Shown here: positions 1 through 8,798 of the stretch, piece after piece | How the letters are laid out: each line of letters begins with the position of its first letter | How positions within the stretch are numbered: the stretch's first letter is position 1 | Assembly (NCBI GenBank): GCA_029856435.1 | Contig: JAHQXB010000008.1 | Span: forward strand, 1 to 15,166 | Direction of reading: 5' to 3' | DNA: 15,166 nt | Source: Candidatus Jordarchaeia archaeon | GTDB taxonomy: Archaea; Asgardarchaeota; Jordiarchaeia; Jordiarchaeales; Jordiarchaeaceae | Made by a program: the position numbers and the translations under genes | Notes under the pieces: model-generated | Databases searched by the model: none | Seen by the model: only the letters and a program-made list of their open reading frames with translations | Told to the model about the DNA's origin: nothing

Positions 1-169
1 CGCCATCAGAGGCAAAGGCGGGTGTGAGTGTAGCTGAACGGGTGGAGGCTGATGCAAGTATGGCTGAGAGAGCGGAGTTTGATACAGTTTTGGCTGAACT
101 TGTAGCTATTCCACCAAGCATTAGTCCTAGAATGGCGAAGCCGAGAACTACAAGGTGTAATCTCCTCAA
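1..169 (-). CDS. 5' part of a probable secreted or membrane-anchored protein (runs off the window start)
   Basis: Manual translation from TTG at 169: MRRLHLVVLGFAILGLMLGGIATSSAKTVSNSALSAILASASTRSATLTPAFASDG..., open to position 1. Basic N-terminus plus a hydrophobic stretch looks like a signal peptide, followed by a Ser/Thr/Ala-rich segment. GAGGTG RBS at 185-180. Not in the ORF track. Confidence 0.6.
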   Translation of the reverse strand, partial: MRRLHLVVLGFAILGLMLGGIATSSAKTVSNSALSAILASASTRSATLTPAFASDG

Positions 170-216
170 TGTGTGTAAACACCTCTCTTGGTAATATTTT
201 AAAACTAATTTTTTAA

Positions 217-232
217 TATATAAATATTTGTA
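217..232 (-). promoter_or_regulatory. Putative TATA box (TTTATATA, 224-217) for the gene starting at 169
   Basis: TTTATATA with an A-rich upstream flank, about 48 nt before the TTG start and about 30 nt before the RBS. Confidence 0.4.
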
Positions 233-610
233 TCCTTTTGCCTAGCGCATTAAGTCTTAGGAAATATAAATCAAAGAAGGAAAAAAGGAAGTATAACTCA
301 TTTCTAACCAAAGTTAGAAATCAATGTCGATGCACAATTTTACTTTTTTAATTTTCGTTATCCTTTTTTGAATTTTCCATAATTTTATGGTTTAAATCTT
401 AAAAAATTTTCATAATTCCAACAATTTTTTTGAAAAATTATGCGACAAGACCCATATACCTGATTATTAAAAAATAATTCATATCAATTGGGGTAGAAAT
501 AAGCCTCAAGGGGTGTTAAAACTGGTCCTATTTAGCATAAAGTTTTATCTTAAGAAACTTCCAACTGTTAACGTTAAAGAAAAACCATTAAACCCATCAT
601 TCCTCAAAAA

Positions 611-810
611 CAAACCTGCACATACGTGTCGTGTAGCCGATTCCAGCCAAAGCCCGGAATGCGGGAAGTTGGAAAAAGCCCAAAAGAGGGCAAGGGACAC
701 AATTGGGAACATCCTCCCACCGAAAGCAGGAGAGATGTGCCTGCCTCAACCGTTCCCCGGAAGAAAGCCCCCACGAAACCAAGGGAGGAAAACCAAGTTA
801 CGCAAGGTTA
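611..810. ncRNA. Candidate structured RNA or element (GC-rich island in AT-rich intergenic DNA), family unknown
   Basis: About 55% GC over 611-790 by hand count, versus about 18% at 361-420. Complementary pairs: 640-644/656-660, 678-681/688-691, 705-710/752-757, 726-730/740-744 and 712-718/783-789. No recognisable family motif. Confidence 0.25.
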
Positions 811-1123
811 ACGCTGGGTCAGAACGGAAATTTATCTCTCCTTTTTAACTTATTGCCAGAGAAAATAACTCTTATTTTACACTCCCCCAAATTGGGAAGG
901 AAAAGTCAGAATGGATTTATTGATCCAAAAATATAATGTGTTCACAAATCGTGCAACAGGACGTAAATTAGATGTATGAAGTGTTTTTAAAACTCCTTCT
1001 ATGGAGAAAGAATTTCGCTAAAAAATATTAGTGGTTTCTCCATTATTTTTTTAGGGTTACCTTTAATGTGTTGAGCTTTTTTCTTTAATCTGTTTTTTCT
1101 TTTCTTTGTTCTTTTTTTGAGTT

Positions 1124-2176
1124 TTAGCCTTTTTGTCTTCTTATTAGCTCGTCTTTGGTGAGTCCGTATTTTTTGGCTATCATGGCTAGTGATTTGTCTG
1201 CGAGGTCTTTGATTCGCTCGTCTTTATCCCTTAGCAGTTCCATTAGTTGTGGTACTGCTTCGTAGTTTCCAGTTTTTCCTAGGGCTTTTATTGCGTTTTC
1301 TTTTACGCGGGGGTCGTTGTCTTTGAGTAGGTTGAGTAGGGGTTTCATTGCTGAGCTGTCTCCTTTGAATCCTAGGGCGTCGGCGCTCCACATGCGTACT
1401 CGGCTGTCTGGATCCTTTAGGGCTTCGATGAGGTGTTTTGTTGCTTCCTCAGATTTTGCTAGTTTAAGGGCCTTTACCGCGTTTATTCTTACCACTACGT
1501 CTTTGTCTTTTAGGGCATTGATGAGGGTGTCAACGACTCGGGGGTCGTCTATTTTTCCCAATGCTTCTATGGTGTTTGCTCTAACAATGCTGCTGGGGTT
1601 GTTTGCCAGTTTTATTAGTGCTTCTGTAGCTTTGGGGTCTCCTATTTCTCCTAGAGCTTTGGCGACGGATGCGCGAATGCGTTCATCTTCGGATTCTAGG
1701 CTTTTGAGGAGAGGGTTTAAAGCCTTTGGCCCCATTCTTCCCAGGCTTTCAATGGCGGCTGTTTGAACTCTAATATCTGAATCGTCCAGAGCCTTAATTA
1801 GTGGCTGGATGGTTTTTTCTCCCCCTATTTTGCTTAGAGTCTTCACCACTGCTAATCTGACTTCACTGTCTTCATCGTTGAGTAGCCCTTCGAGGGGCTC
1901 TACTATTTTGGCGTCGCCAATTTTTCCCAGAGCTTGAACCGCAGCTATTCTCGCCTCGCTGTGCTCGTCGTTTAAAAGTTGGCTTAGTGGGTCTACTGTT
2001 CTCAGGTCTCCTATGTTTCCCAAAACTTCCGCACATGCGGCTCGCACTTTAAAATCTTTGTCCTTCAAATTATAGATTAACTCATTTATGGCCTCTGCCT
2101 TTTTTCCGCTCTCATACTTCTCAATTATTTTCTTGGTGATGGTCTGGTGCCTTGGAAGCATAAAACCAATCTCCAA
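1124..2176 (-). CDS. HEAT-repeat (PBS lyase-like) alpha-solenoid protein
   Basis: About 10 tandem ~31-aa repeats of the type L..LL.D.D..VR..A..ALG.IGD. The true start may be ATG 2161, which has GGAG about 9 nt upstream. Confidence 0.9.
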   Translation of the reverse strand: MEIGFMLPRHQTITKKIIEKYESGKKAEAINELIYNLKDKDFKVRAACAEVLGNIGDLRTVDPLSQLLNDEHSEARIAAVQALGKIGDAKIVEPLEGLLNDEDSEVRLAVVKTLSKIGGEKTIQPLIKALDDSDIRVQTAAIESLGRMGPKALNPLLKSLESEDERIRASVAKALGEIGDPKATEALIKLANNPSSIVRANTIEALGKIDDPRVVDTLINALKDKDVVVRINAVKALKLAKSEEATKHLIEALKDPDSRVRMWSADALGFKGDSSAMKPLLNLLKDNDPRVKENAIKALGKTGNYEAVPQLMELLRDKDERIKDLADKSLAMIAKKYGLTKDELIRRQKG

Positions 2177-2380
2177 TAATCATCCTTACCTACTATTAAT
2201 TAGTAACTTTAATTTAAATCTATAACTCGAAATCCTCCAACTCTAACCATGAACCCCCCATGTAGCGTAGCTGATTTTTGGCAAGTGATAATTGAAAATA
2301 AAAGTCAGCACAGAAGTTTATTAGTTAGTTATATCTAGACTTATTTAAAAATTCACCCTCCTGTTTAAGATTAATCTATT

Positions 2381-3655
2381 GTGGAGGAAGCATTAATGAA
2401 GGTGGAAAGACTCACACCTATTGAGTACCGAGACTTGATACTACCTCAGGGGTATAGTGTTTCAAAGGAGAGTCTATGGCTATTCACAGATGAGGAGAAC
2501 ACATTCAGAAGAGAAGTAAGGGCCTTCTTGGATAAGGAAATTGCACCCATGACTCACCAGTTTGAAAAGAACAATGTTTATCCCCGAAAAGCCTTAAAAC
2601 TAATAGCCAAGAGGGGATACGTCAGCTACCCATTCCCCAAAGAGTGGGGAGGACTAAACGAGGGAAACGGAGTCACCAAAGACCTCATAGTCTCCGAAGA
2701 ACTGGCCGCGGTAAGCCCAGTGACCAGCACCGCCAGAGTTGCAAACATGCTCTGTGGCATTCCCATTTGCAGATTCGGCACTGACTATTTGAAGGAGAAA
2801 TATTTGAGACCCATACTTTCAGGCGAAAAAATAGGAGCTATAGTGATTACAGAGCCCCAAGTGGGCAGCGACACCGCCCGCATGCAGACAACAGCAGTCC
2901 GAAGCGGCGACTATTACCTGCTAAACGGTGAAAAAAGATTCATAACCAATTGTGGAGAGGCAGAAGTCAACACCACATTTGCCATAACTGACAAGAGCGC
3001 GCATCCCCATAAAGGCATGAGCTGCTTCGTGGTTGAAAAAGAAATGGAAGGATTCGAGGTTGTGGAGCACTATGAGCTCCTAGGCATGAAGGGTGCAAGG
3101 AATGGCCTTATGCGCTTCAACAACATAAGGGTTCCCAAAGAAAACTTGGTGGGGAGAGAAAATGAAGGTTTCAGAATTCTCCTCGACGAATTAGACATTG
3201 AGAGAACAGTTATTGCAGGCGAAGCCATCGGGCACGCGCGCCGCGCCTATGAAATCGCATTAGAATACTCGCTTCTGAGAGTGCAATTCCACCAACCCAT
3301 ATCCAACTTTGAGGCGGTAAGCTTCAAACTGGCAGAAATGAACACCAAAATAGAGGCCGCCCGCCTCCTCGCCTTGAGAGCCGCAAGACTCATTGATGCA
3401 GGTAAACCGGCAAGCAAGGAATCAGCTCAAGCCAAACTCTTTGCAACCAACATGAGCGTAGAAGTATGTAACGAAGCCCTCCAAGTCTTGGGAGGCATCG
3501 GCTACACCACAAAATTCCCAGTGGAACAATATTATAGAGACGCCCGAATGATGAAAATTGCAGGAGGAACAACAGAGATACTAACCTACCTCATAGCCCG
3601 AGAAATAATCAGCGATGCAAACAAAAAAAGAAGGGAAATTAAAACCTCAGCCTAG
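2381..3655 (+). CDS. Acyl-CoA dehydrogenase (FAD)
   Basis: Motifs ITEPQVGSD, LNGEKRFITN, R.QF..PI..FEAV, QVLGGIGY and GGTTEI. The C-terminal motif lacks the MCAD-type Glu (IAGGT instead of YEGT), while helix G has ELDIER, which suggests IVD/LCAD-type placement of the catalytic Glu. Likely start ATG 2396 (GGAGG at 2383-2387). Confidence 0.95.
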   Translation: MEEALMKVERLTPIEYRDLILPQGYSVSKESLWLFTDEENTFRREVRAFLDKEIAPMTHQFEKNNVYPRKALKLIAKRGYVSYPFPKEWGGLNEGNGVTKDLIVSEELAAVSPVTSTARVANMLCGIPICRFGTDYLKEKYLRPILSGEKIGAIVITEPQVGSDTARMQTTAVRSGDYYLLNGEKRFITNCGEAEVNTTFAITDKSAHPHKGMSCFVVEKEMEGFEVVEHYELLGMKGARNGLMRFNNIRVPKENLVGRENEGFRILLDELDIERTVIAGEAIGHARRAYEIALEYSLLRVQFHQPISNFEAVSFKLAEMNTKIEAARLLALRAARLIDAGKPASKESAQAKLFATNMSVEVCNEALQVLGGIGYTTKFPVEQYYRDARMMKIAGGTTEILTYLIAREIISDANKKRREIKTSA

Positions 3656-4449
3656 TCCTTTTTCTCCGGTTTCCAAACTGGCTTCCTCTTTTGCATGAAT
3701 GCTTCCATTCCCTCGGTCAGCTCGTAGGAACCATATATTAAAGCCAACATATCCCTGCCATGAACAAAGGACGGATACAGAAGATCTGAGCCAAAATTTA
3801 ATGATATTTTTGAAAGCTTTAAACTCTGGGGACTCAAAGACTTAATTTCCTCACACCACTTATCCACCTCAGCGTCCAATTGTTCATGCGGCACCACCTT
3901 ATTCACCAGACCCATTGCCTCGGCTTCCTTCGCAGTGTACCTCCTACAGAGAAATATCATCTCTCTCGCCTTTTTTTCACCCACTACTCGGGGCAACATC
4001 TGGGTGCCTCCCCAAATAGGAACACTGCCTACTCGAGGGCCCACCTGGCCCAGCACCGCTTTCTCTGAGGCTATTGAGAGGTCGCAGAACATGTTGAGTT
4101 CATTTCCTCCTCCCAAGCAGTAGCCGTTGATTCTTGCGATTATAGGTTTTGAAAGGTTTCTCATAGTTGTGGAGAGCTTCAAACACTTGCCCAAGAACTT
4201 TCTGCCGACGGCGGGAGTCAGTTTTCCCATCTCGGATATATCGCCGCCAGAGCAGAAGGCTCTATCCCCAGCGCCTGTTAGAACCACCACCCTGATGTCC
4301 TCATCTTCCTCGGCGTCTTCAAAGGCTGCAGTCATTTCATCTAGAGTTTTCGATCTGAAAGCATTGAGGGCTTGAGGCCTATTTATGGTGATTCTGGCCA
4401 CTCCATTCTTCTTCTCATAAATTATGTCTTCAAACTCCAAACCAGTCAC
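3652..4449 (-). CDS. Crotonase-family enzyme, BadI/MenB-like (candidate cyclic beta-ketoacyl-CoA hydrolase)
   Basis: Motifs TINRP..LNAF, GAGDRAFCSGGD, GGGNE, GQVGPRVGSV, RVVGEKKARE and KRKP. Overall resemblance to BadI is from memory. The stop codon overlaps the acyl-CoA dehydrogenase stop in CTAG (3652-3655). An alternative TTG start lies at 4440. Confidence 0.9.
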   Translation of the reverse strand: MTGLEFEDIIYEKKNGVARITINRPQALNAFRSKTLDEMTAAFEDAEEDEDIRVVVLTGAGDRAFCSGGDISEMGKLTPAVGRKFLGKCLKLSTTMRNLSKPIIARINGYCLGGGNELNMFCDLSIASEKAVLGQVGPRVGSVPIWGGTQMLPRVVGEKKAREMIFLCRRYTAKEAEAMGLVNKVVPHEQLDAEVDKWCEEIKSLSPQSLKLSKISLNFGSDLLYPSFVHGRDMLALIYGSYELTEGMEAFMQKRKPVWKPEKKD

Positions 4450-4510
4450 CTTCCACCAGTTTCCATTAAATTTTCCAAGTAATAACTTTTTGGTTACCCT
4501 TTAATACACC

Positions 4511-4740
4511 TTTTAACCGATATTTCCGGGATTCTGTGGAGCTCTTTAGGTGTTTTTGCTTTTCTCAAAAATGGTTTGGGTTGCTTTTGCTTTTTCACCG
4601 GTATGGTATATTTATTCTCCCAAAAGCTGGAAGTGTGATTGATGGGACTATGCAATCCTATTTAAAGGATTCCCAAATCCGCGAAAAGTGGGTTTTAAGA
4701 TATTACCGGATTCCCTCAAAAAATTGTTTTTTGAGGATTC
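4511..4740. promoter_or_regulatory. Repeated motifs in the divergent promoter region (candidate operators)
   Basis: GGATTC at 4529, 4667, 4708 and 4735. Imperfect direct repeat GATATT(T/A)CCGG(G)ATTC at 4519-4534 and 4699-4713. Perfect 10-bp inverted repeat at 4714-4723/4727-4736. Confidence 0.3.
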
Positions 4741-4824
4741 AGGAAACTCGTTTTTCGGTAAGTTTAAGAAAAGTTTTAAGTATACTACTCACCATTAAGG
4801 TTTTCAAAAATTGGTAGAAGAGGA

Positions 4825-5730
4825 GTGGAAAAAATGAAAATTGAAGATGTAAAAAATATTTGCGTTTTGGGATGCGGCATAATGGGCTCAGGAATTGTGC
4901 AACTCTGCGCTGGACTTGGCTACAACACCACCTTTTACGAGATTTCAGACGAAATAGTTAAAAGATCTATGGAGCGCATCAAGGGCAGTTTAAGTAGGGC
5001 TGTGGAAAAGGGAAAAATGACTAAAGAACAAATGGAAGCAACAATGGCCAAAATAAAGGGCACAACAAGCCTAAAAGAGGCGGCGGCAAACGCGGACATT
5101 GTGATAGAAGCTATTCCCGAAAACCTTGAACTAAAAAAGAAAACGTGGAAACAACTGGACGAAATATGTCCCAAACACACCATATTTGCATCAAACACGT
5201 CATCCCTGATGATAACAGATCAAGCCTCAGCCACCAATCGCCCAGACAAATTCATAGGAATGCACTTCTTCAACCCCGCCCACGTTATGAAACTCGTGGA
5301 AATCATAAGAGGCGCCGTAACCTCCGACGAAACCTACAAAGTAATATACGATCTATCAATAAAAATGGGCAAGGTTCCAGTGGAAGCCAAAGACGGACCC
5401 GGATTCTTCACCACCAGATTCATCTGCTACACAATTGCCGAAATCATAAGACTACTAGAACTAGGAATAGCGGGAGTAAAAGAAATAGACACAATGGTAA
5501 GGCTAGGATTCGGGTGGCCTATGGGGCCCTTTGTACTAGCAGACTTCGTGGGCCTAGACACCATATATCACGTACTAGAATACTGCTACAATGAAACCGG
5601 CAACCCCGCATACAAGCCACCCATGCTGCTAAGAAAGATGGTGATAGCCGGATACATAGGAGACCCCCGACAGAAACCGGGAAGCAGAGGAGGCTTCTAC
5701 GAATACTTCAACGTTCCAAGAGAACAATAA
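4825..5730 (+). CDS. 3-hydroxyacyl-CoA (3-hydroxybutyryl-CoA-type) dehydrogenase, NAD-dependent
   Basis: Motifs VLGCGIMGSG (Rossmann fold), IEAIPENLELK, ASNTSSL, GMHFFNP (catalytic His) and PMGPF.LAD.VGLD. Likely start ATG 4834 (GAGGAG at 4820-4825). Confidence 0.95.
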   Translation: MEKMKIEDVKNICVLGCGIMGSGIVQLCAGLGYNTTFYEISDEIVKRSMERIKGSLSRAVEKGKMTKEQMEATMAKIKGTTSLKEAAANADIVIEAIPENLELKKKTWKQLDEICPKHTIFASNTSSLMITDQASATNRPDKFIGMHFFNPAHVMKLVEIIRGAVTSDETYKVIYDLSIKMGKVPVEAKDGPGFFTTRFICYTIAEIIRLLELGIAGVKEIDTMVRLGFGWPMGPFVLADFVGLDTIYHVLEYCYNETGNPAYKPPMLLRKMVIAGYIGDPRQKPGSRGGFYEYFNVPREQ

Positions 5731-6015
5731 CAACTTTCCAGCCAAACCCGCCCACTCCCATTTTTCAATTATCAGAATAAATTAAGTATACAAAAATACT
5801 CCCGTTCCACAACCTTCCTCTCATTTTCTTTTATATTTTATGACTTTTACATTTTTACACTGTTAACCTTAATTTTCAACCCACTTACAAAGGATATTGA
5901 AAAGGCGAAACGAAAAAGCAGAGCACCAAGAATAGGTGTTCTGATAACATATTTGTAGGTCGTTTTTAGAAATCTTCTTAATCCTCTAAATTTTTTATTG
6001 ACACTACAAGTAGTC

Positions 6016-6023
6016 TTATATAA
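6016..6023 (+). promoter_or_regulatory. Putative TATA box TTATATAA for a leaderless transcript starting near ATG 6047
   Basis: Lies 24-31 nt upstream of the ATG, the standard archaeal spacing. No RBS is present. Confidence 0.4.
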
Positions 6024-6046
6024 CTGTTAGATGGTTCTCTTAATTT

Positions 6047-6604
6047 ATGTTAGAAATGGTTCTTTTTTTGGCCGCCTTTGCCTTTGCAGGGCATTGGCTG
6101 GTATCAAAAGGTGTTTCAAGTAGGTTTATAGGAGTTCTGGAACAGAGAAGATGGGGAGCGGCTGCAGCAATTCTTGTTGTTTCACTAATTGTGGCTTGGC
6201 TGGGGCTCAGATTCTCATACTTACATGCATATTGGTGGATGGCCTGGACCATGGGTATAGTTTTGCGTCTGGGCATTCTGAACACCACCCTATTCACTGC
6301 ACTATACCTAACAGCACCGAGCTTTATGGGGCACGTCTTAGCATACTATATTTGGGTCTTTTACGGCATTTTCACCTTTTCAGTCATACCCTTCTTTTAC
6401 TTTGTAATATTCACATCACTCCCCTACACGGTCATCTCCCTCATAATCTTATCATTGAGATTCCGGGAAAATGAACTCGCTTGGACTCATCTCTTACCCG
6501 TAAAATGGGCTGGTGGAGTCTTGGGTTCTCTCCGAATTATGGTAACCTATACATACCAGGTCAACGGGGCGCCTTATTGTTTGCCCAATAAAAGTTTGAA
6601 TTAA
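6047..6604 (+). CDS. Multi-pass membrane protein of unknown function; C-terminus probably not native
   Basis: About 4-5 hydrophobic segments over residues 1-137. The last 111 nt overlap the convergent ORF 6494-7312 and read as its antisense. Confidence 0.55.
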   Translation: MLEMVLFLAAFAFAGHWLVSKGVSSRFIGVLEQRRWGAAAAILVVSLIVAWLGLRFSYLHAYWWMAWTMGIVLRLGILNTTLFTALYLTAPSFMGHVLAYYIWVFYGIFTFSVIPFFYFVIFTSLPYTVISLIILSLRFRENELAWTHLLPVKWAGGVLGSLRIMVTYTYQVNGAPYCLPNKSLN

Positions 6605-7312
6605 AAAGTCATACTGCCCATTCCTACAAGCGGGAATAAAACAAGTGAAGTCGGGGTCTTCCTGTCCAAGCTTATATGCTACTACTGCCTTGAGAGCGAA
6701 CTCTATCTCTCCAACTCTCTTTATGTAATTTCTGAGATGGGGTCCACTTATTTTCAAGGGTTCAAATTTCAAGGGTTTCTCAAGGCGTCTTGTAGGAAAT
6801 TCCCTATACAAAGTTTCTATAATCTTCTTGGCATCCTCTCTCGCAACCATTTTAACAGCGTGGGCTGCTCCTCGTTCTTCCCTTTCTAATGTTACTATTA
6901 AACGTATTTCACCGATTTCTACAGACGCATAAAATTGATTAACTGCTATGCTAGCATCATATTTGCAAAGAGTAATATGTTCCGGATGCGGTTCAAAACA
7001 GAACCTATACGGATAGATAAAATTCTCTGATTTCCATAATCTTTGTTCATTGAAAAAAGGTTCTTCGCGCACTCTATAAACTCCATGAATCGAACTCTCC
7101 TCATTTTTTCTGAGCACATGAAAGAAGACTAAATCACCTTTCCGCATACCAACAAGATCCTCTACTATTGACTGAACAGTGGGCGAAGTGTCATCAAAAT
7201 ACTGAACTTTTCCCTTCCTCTCGCTTCCCTCCCTATTTCCATAAACCCCTATCACGCGACTAATGGACCAGTCATCCTCTGAAATTTGACAAAGAAAAGC
7301 CCGCCCCCTCAT
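6494..7312 (-). pseudogene. EVE(PUA-like)-domain protein, probably a C-terminally truncated restriction-type nuclease
   Basis: N-terminal EVE-like pattern (W...GVYG ... KGDLVFFH ... IHGVYRV ... LW ... YPYRF). The tail RRPVDLVC resembles the start of a PD-(D/E)xK motif, but no (D/E)xK follows in any frame before the stop. The ORF starts 7 nt after the methyltransferase stop. Confidence 0.6.
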
Positions 7313-7319
7313 GGCGGTA

Positions 7320-8138
7320 TTACTCCATTAGCTTTTTTTGTAGTATATTAGCCTCTCCGATTAGTCTTTTTTTAGCGGCCTCACAATAACTTTTATCGAT
7401 TTCTACGCCTATCCCCCTTCTCTTTAACAAAGCACATGCCACTAACGTAGTACCACTACCAAGAAAAGGATCGAGAACAACATCCCCAACAAAACTAAAT
7501 AGTTTGATACACCTTTTTGGAAGCTCAAGGGGATAAGGAGAAGGATGATTGACCCTCTCGGGGTTCTCCCCCTGAAAATTCCAAACGCCATTAGTCCACT
7601 CAATAAATTCATCCCTAGTTATGTCCGAAACCCCCTGTTTCGACTTTTTCCACTTCTCCTTATATAATAAAACTATGACCTCAACCGGAGCAATAACGTA
7701 GGGAGCTGAAGCACTAAGCCAGGACCCCCAAGCCGTCCTCCTTGAAATATTTTGCTCATTCCAAATTATAGTCGAAAAATATTTCCATCCCACCCCCCTA
7801 GCAATACCAATTATATCAAGATAAACACTTTGAAATCCCTCCTCCCTTCTCCCCCTACTTTTATCAAGCGGTATATTTAAACACATCCTCCCATCAGGCT
7901 TCACCGATTCTAAGGCCTTCTGAAGCCACCTCTCAGTAAACTCCAGATATTTCTCGTAGGGAATATCATCCCTAAGAGATCCATACCGAATATCCACATT
8001 ATATGGAGGAGAAGTCACAATGAGATCTATAGATTCCTCAAGTATGAGATCCGTTACTAGAAAATCATCATTGACAATAACTATTTCATCATCCACATTA
8101 AAGAAAACTTTGCCAGTTTTAATTTGAAGACCATCCAT
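7320..8138 (-). CDS. Beta-class amino (N4-C/N6-A) DNA methyltransferase
   Basis: Catalytic motif [11 protein letters not shown] precedes SAM-binding motif [12 protein letters not shown] (beta order). Also HPSPYP and GIGVEID. The target sequence cannot be determined. Confidence 0.95.
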   Translation of the reverse strand: MDGLQIKTGKVFFNVDDEIVIVNDDFLVTDLILEESIDLIVTSPPYNVDIRYGSLRDDIPYEKYLEFTERWLQKALESVKPDGRMCLNIPLDKSRGRREEGFQSVYLDIIGIARGVGWKYFSTIIWNEQNISRRTAWGSWLSASAPYVIAPVEVIVLLYKEKWKKSKQGVSDITRDEFIEWTNGVWNFQGENPERVNHPSPYPLELPKRCIKLFSFVGDVVLDPFLGSGTTLVACALLKRRGIGVEIDKSYCEAAKKRLIGEANILQKKLME

Positions 8139-8267
8139 ATTAAATTCACTCTAAAATTATGTTAACACACGGCAATACCCATAATAAGTTTTATTCATCA
8201 AATATTAAAGTCTTCTTAAAGTTTATAAACCACCACCAAAAAATGAGAAAGCAAAACCGAAACGCCC

Positions 8268-8376
8268 ATGCTAACAGTTCTAAAATAGCGGTTTAAATAG
8301 AATTATGCTGAACTACAGCAAGATGCCTATGGAGCGATTATACACCCTCAAAGAGGCAAAACAACCACTGGGTATA
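8268..8376 (+). mobile_element. Remnant of an IS607-family element: putative left end plus the first ~16 codons of tnpA
   Basis: MPMERLYTLKEAKQPLGI (ATG 8323/8329) matches the MerR-like HTH start of archaeal IS607 serine transposases (consensus from memory: MERLYTLKEA..LLGV). Similarity stops after LGI and no tnpB follows. The left boundary is approximate. Confidence 0.55.
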
Positions 8377-8499
8377 GAGTTTCTCATTAATTTTTTTCCT
8401 AAACATATCCTTGACCGGGGTTATTTAAGGCTTCTTTTCCCAAAAAAGGCGGAAAAAACCATACTTTCTGGAAGCGAAAAGGAAAAAATTAAATGGAAA

Positions 8500-8760
8500 G
8501 TCTATATCCACCCCACCCTCCCAAAAACAAACCATCTAATCCAATCAAACAACAGAAAGACAAAATAAAAAAATTCAGAAACTCACACCAAGAAACCCCA
8601 CAAATAATCCAAACCAAAAAATTTACACCACCAAAGCCAAACAGCCACCTCCATAAACAAAAACCCCAAACAAAAAGCAAGAAAAAACACACCCCAAAAA
8701 CCGCATACCCACACAAACAACCCAACCACACCCACAAACAAAAAACCAAAAAATAAAAAA
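8500..8760. repeat. Strongly strand-skewed A/C-rich low-complexity tract
   Basis: 8521-8760 has only 9 G and 17 T in 240 nt (about 89% A+C). It produces the spurious ORFs 8489-8905 and 8493-8756. Confidence 0.7.
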
Positions 8761-8798
8761 TTAAAAAAGAAAAAAATAGGGTCGCCAAAAAAGCCCTA
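8760..8798 (-). terminator. Hairpin plus oligo-U terminator after the ferredoxin gene
   Basis: Minus strand UAGGG-cuuuuuuggcga-CCCUA followed by UUUUUUUCUUUUUU. The stem begins at the UAG stop codon. Confidence 0.6.

Noticed and set aside
611-810. RNase P RNA, SRP RNA or a known riboswitch/ribozyme
   Set aside because: GGGAGGATGTTCCC (minus strand) and CCCGGAAG are only partial look-alikes. The remaining conserved regions and hammerhead, TPP, FMN and cobalamin cores are absent.
513-936. ORFs 513-848, 597-782, 626-811 and 703-936
   Set aside because: They overlap each other and have no recognisable domains or RBS.
6022-8279. Inverted match AACTGTTAG(C)ATGG at 6022-6034 and 8266-8279 as ends of a composite element
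   Set aside because: Only a 9-bp perfect core in AT-rich DNA. The left copy overlaps a probable TATA box, no target duplication is visible, and IS607 elements do not use terminal inverted repeats.
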